DNA from: an uncultured Candidatus Saccharibacteria bacterium
Lineage (GTDB): Bacteria; Patescibacteriota; Minisyncoccia; Phycocordibacterales; UBA9973
Assembly: GCA_964432275.1 (NCBI GenBank)
Contig: CAYSMH010000002.1
Location: 9,418-73,417, forward strand
Direction: 5' to 3'
DNA: 64,000 nt
Position numbers and translations under genes: made by a program. Of the stretch, positions 57,742 through 64,000 are shown piece by piece. Numbering within the stretch: the first letter of the stretch is position 1; the number at the start of each line of letters is the position of its first letter. The notes under the pieces are model-generated. The model saw only the letters and a list, made by a program, of their open reading frames with translations. It did not search any database and had not been told where the DNA came from.

Positions 57742-58332
57742 ATGGTTAACGCAAGCAAAGTAAAGCAGCAACGCTTCTGGAATATGTGGCGCACATCTGG
57801 CGCCATAGGCACCATTACCACCTACCCCTCTGCGGTAGTTCGGGAAATTGACGGCCAATTAGTATTAGATGATCCAATGGCAGCCGCAATGATCCGGGCG
57901 ATAGAAAAGGATAACTGTAAAAATACATTCATCGTTCAAAAAGATCGGGTTGAACATTTCAAAAATAGAATGGCTCAAAAACAACTATCTCCGCAGGATG
58001 CAGTGATTGTACTGATTAATGCTGATGATGTTCACGGCACCGACCTTGCGGAGCACTTAATGCCTGGGACTGATTGGCAAGCCATGCGTGATAACGGCGA
58101 AATACCGTTCGCACACGGACTTACTACAAAGGAAGGTATGGTGGGCATCCTAAAACTCTTTGACAAAGAAGCATCAAAGAAATTAGAAAGAATGACGACC
58201 ACAGCTGTTGTGGTTGTCGATCACGGAGTTGCGGAGGTTTTTGATGCAGATAACCCGAATGGCGAAACAGTTATTCCATCTAGGCTGCCTGGGAGAATGA
58301 GACAGTTTATGAACGGCGACGGCGATTGGTAA
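57742..58332 (+). CDS. hypothetical protein (196 aa), divergent partner of the tautomerase/alpha-CTD gene
   Basis: ATG ORF; promoter ttgaca-17-taatgt with palindrome ttgacaaagtcaa in the shared 100-bp intergenic region. Confidence 0.4.
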   Translation: MVNASKVKQQRFWNMWRTSGAIGTITTYPSAVVREIDGQLVLDDPMAAAMIRAIEKDNCKNTFIVQKDRVEHFKNRMAQKQLSPQDAVIVLINADDVHGTDLAEHLMPGTDWQAMRDNGEIPFAHGLTTKEGMVGILKLFDKEASKKLERMTTTAVVVVDHGVAEVFDADNPNGETVIPSRLPGRMRQFMNGDGDW

Positions 58333-58457
58333 AAAGCCAAACAAAAATTTTGAGCCTGATTTTTTAGTCAGGCTCTTTTTATTGAAATATGGATTGTGAC
58401 AGATAGGTCTAACTTTATAAGGCAATTCCGTGTCACTTTTGTCACTTTTTATAGACG

Positions 58458-58471
58458 CACGAGAAGGGTCG
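58458..58471 (+). repeat. att-like repeat copy B (cacgagaagggtcg)
   Basis: Shares the 11-mer cgagaagggtc with copies A and C. Confidence 0.4.
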
Positions 58472-58516
58472 GTACGGAATATGGAAAATGGTAGAACGGG
58501 CATTGTGGGGCAAGGC

Positions 58517-58553
58517 GGAGCGGGGTTCTATCTCGAGAAGGGTCACCATTTTA
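58517..58553 (+). repeat. att-like repeat copy C / degenerate tRNA-Glu 3-prime half (gcggggttctatctcgagaagggtcacca)
   Basis: Aligns to the tRNA T-arm and acceptor 3-prime strand plus CCA (gcggggttcgattccccgtagggtcacca), but the T-stem no longer pairs; preceded by a D-arm-like tggtagaacg at 58488. Confidence 0.5.
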
Positions 58554-58565
58554 GAAAAAAAATCC

Positions 58566-58590
58566 TCACGAGGAGGATTTAAAAAATTTT
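58566..58590 (-). terminator. terminator hairpin downstream of 58589..59002 gene
   Basis: tcctc-acgag-gagga flanked by A/T runs. Confidence 0.4.
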
Positions 58591-59002
58591 ATTTCTTTTG
58601 AGTAGTAAAAACACCTGACAAGCTATAATATAGTACAGCTATAATCGAACTCCCAAAAAACAATGCCTTCAGTATGTTGAAAAAGTCCAGAGAATGAAAT
58701 AATTTTTCAATACTTACATTCATAATAAACATACTCCATAAACCAAACAAAATTATAGCTATACTCAATACATATAAGAGACTCCGAAATAACCTTGCTG
58801 TTGTCGATCGTTCTTTTTGATTCTTTTTTATTTTTGGAGACCCGTACACGACTATTGAAATGGTGATTATACAATAATTGAGTACAAAAAATAATGCAAC
58901 AATTTCCGCAATGTTTTGATTATTGGTAATATATGCAAATATTGCAACTATAATACTTAAACAAAAGAAAAATACACTGATATAAAACTGTTTAATGTTC
59001 AT
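58589..59002 (-). CDS. hypothetical small membrane protein (137 aa, 4 TM)
   Basis: AT-rich hydrophobic ORF. Confidence 0.4.
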   Translation of the reverse strand: MNIKQFYISVFFFCLSIIVAIFAYITNNQNIAEIVALFFVLNYCIITISIVVYGSPKIKKNQKERSTTARLFRSLLYVLSIAIILFGLWSMFIMNVSIEKLFHSLDFFNILKALFFGSSIIAVLYYSLSGVFTTQKK

Positions 59003-59095
59003 TTTTTATTTTTTTATAACACTATCATTTTTCTTGCATAAGTCAACACCATTCGACATCTGGAAGGAAAATCAAAAAATGAGTCCGCAAAAAAA

Positions 59096-59121
59096 CAAAC
59101 CCCCTTTTAAAAGGGGGTTTA
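59096..59121 (-). terminator. rho-independent terminator (24-nt perfect palindrome)
   Basis: aaacccccttttaaaagggggttt. Confidence 0.55.
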
Positions 59122-59139
59122 TGTAATCATGTTGTTCGG

Positions 59140-59562
59140 TTAGGCAACGGCCTGATGAGGGGTTGATTCATATTCTTCGATTTCTGTAGTAAATACCACT
59201 CTTCCCTTTTGCCATTTCGCAGTAGGAACAGTAGCAAGTATGAGCTCGGTAAACGAACGTTTGACGTACGGACCAATAGTGATACTTTGAAGTTGAAAAT
59301 AAAAATCGATAACCGTCGTAGGATCCGTAGCAGCATGTGATTTTACAAATCTTTTTGCTGCGGATATCCCACTGGTGCGAATCATATGTTCGATCGATAA
59401 AAAAAGTACTCCTATGGCAACGATATTGCATAGTATGGACACGATTATGGGGTGAATGAGTCCAATACGGATATTCAAAAGTGTTACCAATAGTATCGAA
59501 ATACCGAGTGAAATGCTAGAGCGATACCGCAGCAGACGAATGATTGTTTTCTCTGTATTCAT
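59140..59562 (-). CDS. hypothetical membrane protein (140 aa; 2 TM plus C-terminal soluble domain)
   Basis: ATG ORF with terminator; no motifs. Confidence 0.4.
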   Translation of the reverse strand: MNTEKTIIRLLRYRSSISLGISILLVTLLNIRIGLIHPIIVSILCNIVAIGVLFLSIEHMIRTSGISAAKRFVKSHAATDPTTVIDFYFQLQSITIGPYVKRSFTELILATVPTAKWQKGRVVFTTEIEEYESTPHQAVA

Positions 59563-59682
59563 GTTGTTAATAAGGGGTTTAAGGTTTGTTTCCTCTACAT
59601 TATCATATTATATTTATTTGTCAAGTATTCCCTGTCTCACTTTTTGACAACCGTTATTTATACGATATAGTAAAGAAAAACA

Positions 59683-60150
59683 ATGCTCATGGAAAATCAA
59701 ATAGAAAAACCTGTATACGAAACTGAATCTGCTATTCTTTCTTTTTCAGGAAGTGGTAACCTTTTTCTTTGTGACGACTATAATGCACCTATAAAAATAG
59801 GTAGCATCGTCTATCAATCAGTGCGCGCTGCAATGTTAGCGTACAAAACGAAAAACCCTCGTATAAAAACAAAAATTCGTAACGCAATCACTCCTGCAGA
59901 TCTTAAGGTACTAGAAAGAAGTATTAGTACCCCTTCATATTGGACCAAGGAGTACATTATTGCAAAAATGACTGAGCTTACAATACAAAAATTTATTCAA
60001 CATCCTCAGTTAAAAGCAAAATTCCTTGATACAAAACCTAAATCACTAAAAAACAAAACTGAACCAACACTTCAACGATTTGAGATCGATGAGGTGTGCG
60101 ACGAACAAACATACGCAGACATACTGATGAATGTTCGTGAACAACTCTAA
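59683..60150 (+). CDS. NADAR/YbiA (DUF1768)-like domain protein
   Basis: SIVYQSVRAAMLAYK, YWTKEYIIAKMTELTIQKFIQHPQLKAKFLDT and C-terminal YADILMNVREQL fit the NADAR pattern (yQA.Kf ... W...vM...l..KF.q...L...Ll.T ... LG.iLM.vR..L); promoter with 7-bp inverted repeat ttgtcaa/ttgacaa upstream. Confidence 0.55.
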   Translation: MLMENQIEKPVYETESAILSFSGSGNLFLCDDYNAPIKIGSIVYQSVRAAMLAYKTKNPRIKTKIRNAITPADLKVLERSISTPSYWTKEYIIAKMTELTIQKFIQHPQLKAKFLDTKPKSLKNKTEPTLQRFEIDEVCDEQTYADILMNVREQL

Positions 60151-60153
60151 ACC

Positions 60154-60178
60154 AAAACCGCCTTTCGGCGGTTTTTTA
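60154..60178. terminator. bidirectional rho-independent terminator
   Basis: aaaaccgcc-tttc-ggcggtttttt. Confidence 0.6.
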
Positions 60179-60179
60179 A

Positions 60180-60860
60180 TTATGCAATATTTGCTTCTTT
60201 GAGTTCAGTAGGAAGTTCGGTGACAGGTTCCACAGTGATATCTTCGGTACCTCGGCGAGTAAGTGTGCGATACAGGTATGCGAGGAGAAGTGTCGCAAGT
60301 GGGTACGCGACGATGATACCAATACCAAACAGCACCATCCCTACTATCACCAGACACACAACAACAAGTATAGTCAGTAACACCGTCCAAAACACATCTC
60401 GACTGACAAGTCTCCATGAATCCTTGATCGCAGCGATTGCACCGCCTTTGTTATCCACAAGTGAGAGCTGAGAAAACACAAATCGCGTCATGAAATAAAT
60501 ACCAGGAATAATCAAAAGAAAGAATCCACCAATCACCATCAGTGCAGTCAAAAGTGCGACTTTAACAAGAAGAATAAATTGACGAAATGTCGGCAAATGT
60601 TTGCCTAGTGCACGAAACGAAAGCAGATCATGCTTGGCATCTACCGCAGCAAGCGACACAGATAGCCATACGTACGAAAAAATCAGAGACAGTATCATCC
60701 CAGCTATTTGCAAAAGAATATAGCGACCATCCTCGATTTGACCAGGTGCACTAAGAACAATAAGTATCACTGTCATACCTATGTAAAACCAAGGTCGTTC
60801 TTTAAATATGCCCCAGCAGGTACGGAGCGCTGTTTTGATAGAAAAGGTAAATGGAGTCAT
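60180..60860 (-). CDS. hypothetical polytopic membrane protein (DUF975/YciC-like topology?)
   Basis: Start MTPFTFSIK at 60860 (4-nt overlap with ftsI stop); ORF-track extension overlaps ftsI and is rejected; ~6 TM helices. Confidence 0.5.
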   Translation of the reverse strand: MTPFTFSIKTALRTCWGIFKERPWFYIGMTVILIVLSAPGQIEDGRYILLQIAGMILSLIFSYVWLSVSLAAVDAKHDLLSFRALGKHLPTFRQFILLVKVALLTALMVIGGFFLLIIPGIYFMTRFVFSQLSLVDNKGGAIAAIKDSWRLVSRDVFWTVLLTILVVVCLVIVGMVLFGIGIIVAYPLATLLLAYLYRTLTRRGTEDITVEPVTELPTELKEANIA

Positions 60861-60864
60861 AAAT

Positions 60865-62583
60865 TTAGCGGTCAGGTGGTAGCTCGTAATAGTTACCCAA
60901 GAATTGTACCATATCAAAGAATGGATCACCGAGGGTTTGTATTGCAAAGAGTGCTTCTTTGGGGTAGACGTTAAACAAGTACAAGACAAAACGAGGCTGT
61001 GATGCAGGGAAAAATCCGATAAGTGAGTGTAGGTTACGGTCAGTATAGTAGCCCGTACCATCAGGACGTGCTATCTGTGCGGTTCCTGTCTTTGCGGCCA
61101 CACTATAGTGTGGCAGCCCTCTATCATAGCCTTCATCCACGACTCGCACAAGCATACTTCTAATTGTAGTAATCGTCTCGGGTTTGAGTAACTGCTTACT
61201 CGATGGCTCTGGTTCTATAGTGCGTTCATAACCGCTTTGTTCTATGATCGATGTTGCAATATGTGGCGTTACGAGCTTGCCACCATTGGCAAGTGTTGCA
61301 AATCCGCGCACGATATTGATCGGGCTCGTCGCGATACCCTGTCCAAATGATGCGGCTGCAAAGTTGATATCGTTGCCCCCTTTAATACTACCCACTGAGC
61401 CGTTGACTTCTCCCGGGAGATCGATACCTGTTTTTTCTCCGAGCTTGTATCTATCGACAATATATTCACGGAACTTTTCCTTGCCCATTTTTTGCTCGAC
61501 AAAGATCATGCCAGTGTTGAGAGATTCGTTAAGCACCTGTTGCATAGATACGCCATTACCGCGACCCTTTTTGTCAAAGTTGTTAAGCGTCTTGCCGTCG
61601 ATTGTGACTGACCCCGAGTCGTTATAACTCGTCGTCGGCGTGACAACACCCTCATTAATCGCACCCGCCATTACGAGTGGCTTTACGATGGACCCCATTT
61701 CGTATCGAGCCTGCGCAAAAGGGTTGGTATAGACACTTGGATTTTTAACTCCCCCGTACTCATTGAGATCAAAGGTTGGAACTCCAGCCATAGCAACAAT
61801 CTCCCCGGTATACGGATCCATCACAATACCACCTACTACATCACTACTCCACGCGCGCTCAATACTAGCGATGGTTTGTTCAAGTTGTGACTGTACGGTT
61901 GGCTCAATAGATGTAACCACATCTCCAGTAGATGTTGTGTTTTTAAATACACCACTTTTTACATTGGCAAATATTTCTGCGAAAAAGTTTACATAAAAGT
62001 TGTTCGCATCGCGAGAAAGTATATCGTTGTAGTACTCCTCAAGCCCGTTGTTACCCGAGAGCAGATCCTTCTTGTACGAAACAAAGCCGATCACGCGGGC
62101 CGCTAGATCGTTGCCTGGATAAAAGCGCCATTTCTCTCGATAGAGCGAGACACCTGGGAGTCCGAGCTCAGTGAGACGTGCAGCATTATCTTCAGTAATA
62201 CGGTTTTCTATTTCTTCGTATGGGTCATTTTTCTTGGCAGCTTTGGCAAGAAATACATCACGATCGATTGGAACAATCGCATTGATCAAGTCATACGCAC
62301 GCTCGGGATCAACCAATGTACTTGGATTAATCGCAAGCTTAAACCCGCTCACAACAGTCGCAGCCGCAACTGTTGTCGCGTCTTTGGTAGTCATATAAAT
62401 ATTACCCCGATCAAAACTAGCCGTGGTCGGAGTTATATAGTTGCGCTGTGCTTTTTCTTTATATCCAGTTGTGTTGATGATTTGTAATACAAAAAGACGC
62501 ATCACAACAACAGCTCCGATGCATACAACAACACCAATAAGAGTACGAATACGTGATCGATGTATCGTATTAGCGTCCGACAT
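60865..62583 (-). CDS. ftsI: penicillin-binding protein 2 / FtsI-type peptidoglycan D,D-transpeptidase
   Basis: N-terminal TM, dimerisation domain, transpeptidase motifs (SIVKP region for SxxK, SYN for SxN, KTGTAQ for KTG); ATG 62583 (MSDANTIHRSRIRTLIGV). Confidence 0.85.
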   Translation of the reverse strand: MSDANTIHRSRIRTLIGVVVCIGAVVVMRLFVLQIINTTGYKEKAQRNYITPTTASFDRGNIYMTTKDATTVAAATVVSGFKLAINPSTLVDPERAYDLINAIVPIDRDVFLAKAAKKNDPYEEIENRITEDNAARLTELGLPGVSLYREKWRFYPGNDLAARVIGFVSYKKDLLSGNNGLEEYYNDILSRDANNFYVNFFAEIFANVKSGVFKNTTSTGDVVTSIEPTVQSQLEQTIASIERAWSSDVVGGIVMDPYTGEIVAMAGVPTFDLNEYGGVKNPSVYTNPFAQARYEMGSIVKPLVMAGAINEGVVTPTTSYNDSGSVTIDGKTLNNFDKKGRGNGVSMQQVLNESLNTGMIFVEQKMGKEKFREYIVDRYKLGEKTGIDLPGEVNGSVGSIKGGNDINFAAASFGQGIATSPINIVRGFATLANGGKLVTPHIATSIIEQSGYERTIEPEPSSKQLLKPETITTIRSMLVRVVDEGYDRGLPHYSVAAKTGTAQIARPDGTGYYTDRNLHSLIGFFPASQPRFVLYLFNVYPKEALFAIQTLGDPFFDMVQFLGNYYELPPDR

Positions 62584-62911
62584 TCCACGCAACAGCACGC
62601 TGAGATGGTGCAAATGAAATTGTTGAAGGTTCGACAAACCCTTTTTCTCGAGCGTAGCTTTCGGTCAACACTTTTTGTGCAGAGAGAAACTCCAGCTCTT
62701 CTGCTCCCATTGATGAGATAAGTGCGCGTGTTTCCTGCTGCAATTCTTTTTCTTTCACCACTGAAAATGTGATTGCTCCAACGAAATACACATACCCGAC
62801 AAAGAGTACGCCAGCGGCGATCCAAGTATAGAGCGTGATTGATTTCAATGTTTTGTTGATATCAAATGCTCCGTGATGAGCGGTATGGGTATGTCGGAGT
62901 GTGGTGTTCAT
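62570..62911 (-). CDS. ftsL: FtsL/DivIC-like cell-division protein (single TM plus coiled coil)
   Basis: 113 aa; TM helix ITLYTWIAAGVLFVGYVYFVGAITF then coiled-coil; position between rsmH and ftsI. Confidence 0.5.
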   Translation of the reverse strand: MNTTLRHTHTAHHGAFDINKTLKSITLYTWIAAGVLFVGYVYFVGAITFSVVKEKELQQETRALISSMGAEELEFLSAQKVLTESYAREKGFVEPSTISFAPSQRAVAWNVGR

Positions 62912-63780
62912 GCGAAAGTATGTTTTTCTATAATACGAAGTTTTGCGCTTCGTGAACGAGGGTTAGTTGATAATTCAAGAGTACTAGGAATAATAGGTTT
63001 TTTTGTGATAACGCGTTCATGCGATTTCATCCAGTGCTTTACGATACGATCTTCGAGACTATGAAAAGTAATTACGGCGATACGTCCACCTTCGGACAAT
63101 ACGTTCCACCACGCAGTAAGCGCAGTTTCGATCACTGCGAGCTCATCGTTGACCGCGATACGCAGAGCCTGGAAGGTTTTGGTTGCAGGATGTAGCTTGC
63201 CTCGTCGTGGCACACGAGCCAGAATAACTTGTGCAAGGTGTGCAGATGTAGTGATGGGTCCATTTATACGAGCCTCAACTATAGCTTTTGCTATTTTGCG
63301 AGAAGCTCTATCTTCACCATAGGCATAGATAATGTCAGCAATAGACTCTTCGCTCCATTCGTTGACAATATCCCATGCGGTAAATCCAGTGTGCGATCCA
63401 TCCACTGAAAACGTCATACTAAGTGGTGTATCAGACATAAACGAAAATCCTCTTGTATCATCTAGTAGTTGAAATGTGCTCGTCCCTAAATCGAGCAACA
63501 CCTTATCTACCTGTGAGAGTCCTGCTTGTGTGAGGATAGTATCTACGTCTTTGAAGTTGGTATGGACAAAGGTTGCCCGTGATCCAATACGTGTCTGGAA
63601 ACGCTCTCTCGCTGCTTCATCGAGGTCAACACATACGAGTGTAATACCAGGATGTCGCTCAAGTATGGCAGTAGAGTGTCCTCCACCACCAAACGTACCA
63701 TCAACTACTCGATCACTCTCAGAAAGTGCGAGTCCATCAATACTTTCTTCTAAAAGAACCGAGATATGGTGAGTCTGCAT
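62908..63780 (-). CDS. rsmH: 16S rRNA (cytosine1402-N4)-methyltransferase RsmH (MraW)
   Basis: HISVLLEESIDGL...VVDGTFGGGGHSTAIL. Confidence 0.9.
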   Translation of the reverse strand: MQTHHISVLLEESIDGLALSESDRVVDGTFGGGGHSTAILERHPGITLVCVDLDEAARERFQTRIGSRATFVHTNFKDVDTILTQAGLSQVDKVLLDLGTSTFQLLDDTRGFSFMSDTPLSMTFSVDGSHTGFTAWDIVNEWSEESIADIIYAYGEDRASRKIAKAIVEARINGPITTSAHLAQVILARVPRRGKLHPATKTFQALRIAVNDELAVIETALTAWWNVLSEGGRIAVITFHSLEDRIVKHWMKSHERVITKKPIIPSTLELSTNPRSRSAKLRIIEKHTFA

Positions 63781-63781
63781 A

Positions 63782-64000
63782 CTAGAGCACTCCTATTCCA
63801 CCAAGTCTCTCTGCGAGTTCGTCTGCACGAGTCTCCACAGTACGCTTGTACATCTTCCATGTATCTTCGTCCCAGAGTTCGACACGAGTATGAACACCGA
63901 CCACTGCTATCTTGCCACTGAGCCCTGCCCTATCCCGCAAGAAATCCGGGATAAGTATGCGTCCGTTTTGATCGACCGAGACTTCAGTTGCACCTCCGAG
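63782..64000 (-). CDS. mraZ: transcriptional regulator MraZ (3-prime partial in window)
   Basis: Reverse translation ...GRILIPDFLRDRAGLSGKIAVVGVHTRVELWDEDTWKMYKRTVE... matches the MraZ second repeat; runs off window end. Confidence 0.8.
   Translation of the reverse strand, partial: LGGATEVSVDQNGRILIPDFLRDRAGLSGKIAVVGVHTRVELWDEDTWKMYKRTVETRADELAERLGGIGVL

Larger units (their letters stand above)
50423..60178. mobile_element. AT-rich genomic island / tandem integrative-element remnants at tRNA-Glu 3-prime end (no integrase present)
   Basis: Visibly lower GC than flanks; begins at the tRNA 3-prime end; four degenerate direct copies of the tRNA terminus (cgagaagg[g/c]tca...) partition it; contents are ORFans; ends at a terminator before the native dcw block. 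Confidence 0.45.

Noticed and set aside
58470-58553. Possible second intact tRNA (D-arm-like tggtagaacg plus T-arm/acceptor/CCA-like 3-prime end)
   Set aside because: The T-stem and acceptor stem cannot be paired and no anticodon arm can be drawn. It is interpreted as a degenerate att/pseudo-tRNA remnant.
1-64000. CRISPR arrays, rRNA genes, transposases, integrases, prophage structural genes
   Set aside because: No CRISPR spacer-repeat periodicity, rRNA-like conserved tracts, DDE/tyrosine-recombinase motifs or capsid/terminase-like ORFs were seen on either strand.

Overview
This 64-kb window reads as a gene-dense chromosome segment from a small-genome, CPR/Patescibacteria-like bacterium. Roughly half the CDSs are recognisable housekeeping genes:
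- Translation: rplU, rpmA, rplI, rpmE, rplY, prfA, trpS, aspS, gatB.
- Replication and repair: dnaB, recR, rmuC, a DnaQ-like exonuclease, lexA.
- Division and wall: mraY-ftsW-murG on the + strand and a separate mraZ-rsmH-ftsL-ftsI block on the - strand; ctpA, an L,D-transpeptidase and an MltB-like lytic transglycosylase.
- Central carbon: gap, fba, a split transketolase, rpe, rpiB and a PfkB kinase.

These are interspersed with many AT-rich ORFans that are membrane or secreted proteins. Two tRNAs are present: tRNA-Ile(GAU) on the - strand and tRNA-Glu(CUC) on the + strand.

The most unusual region is an approximately 9.7-kb AT-rich block at 50423-60178, immediately 3-prime of tRNA-Glu. It is punctuated by four degenerate direct copies of the tRNA 3-prime end, which look like tandem attachment-site remnants, and it carries no integrase. 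Its contents are:
- a 796-aa multi-TM protein;
- a 1008-aa ORFan with a 149-aa partner;
- a GNAT acetyltransferase;
- a fusion with a tautomerase-like N-terminus and an RNAP alpha-CTD-like C-terminus, paired divergently with a 196-aa ORFan;
- a NADAR/YbiA-like gene next to two small membrane proteins.
This is my best candidate for an undescribed accessory (defence or toxin-like) system.

Other notable signals:
- A Cheo-type LexA box sits inside a sigma70-like promoter about 450 bp upstream of lexA, with two small ORFs in between.
- A MazG-like gene is inserted at the gap 3-prime end with an approximately 75-bp duplication of the gap terminus.
- Three small genes lie between the two transketolase halves.
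- A 110-nt element with 27-bp inverted-repeat arms lies between convergent genes.
- A 490-bp gene-free gap is bounded by terminators.

All calls rest on reading the translations and the DNA by eye; no searches were run.
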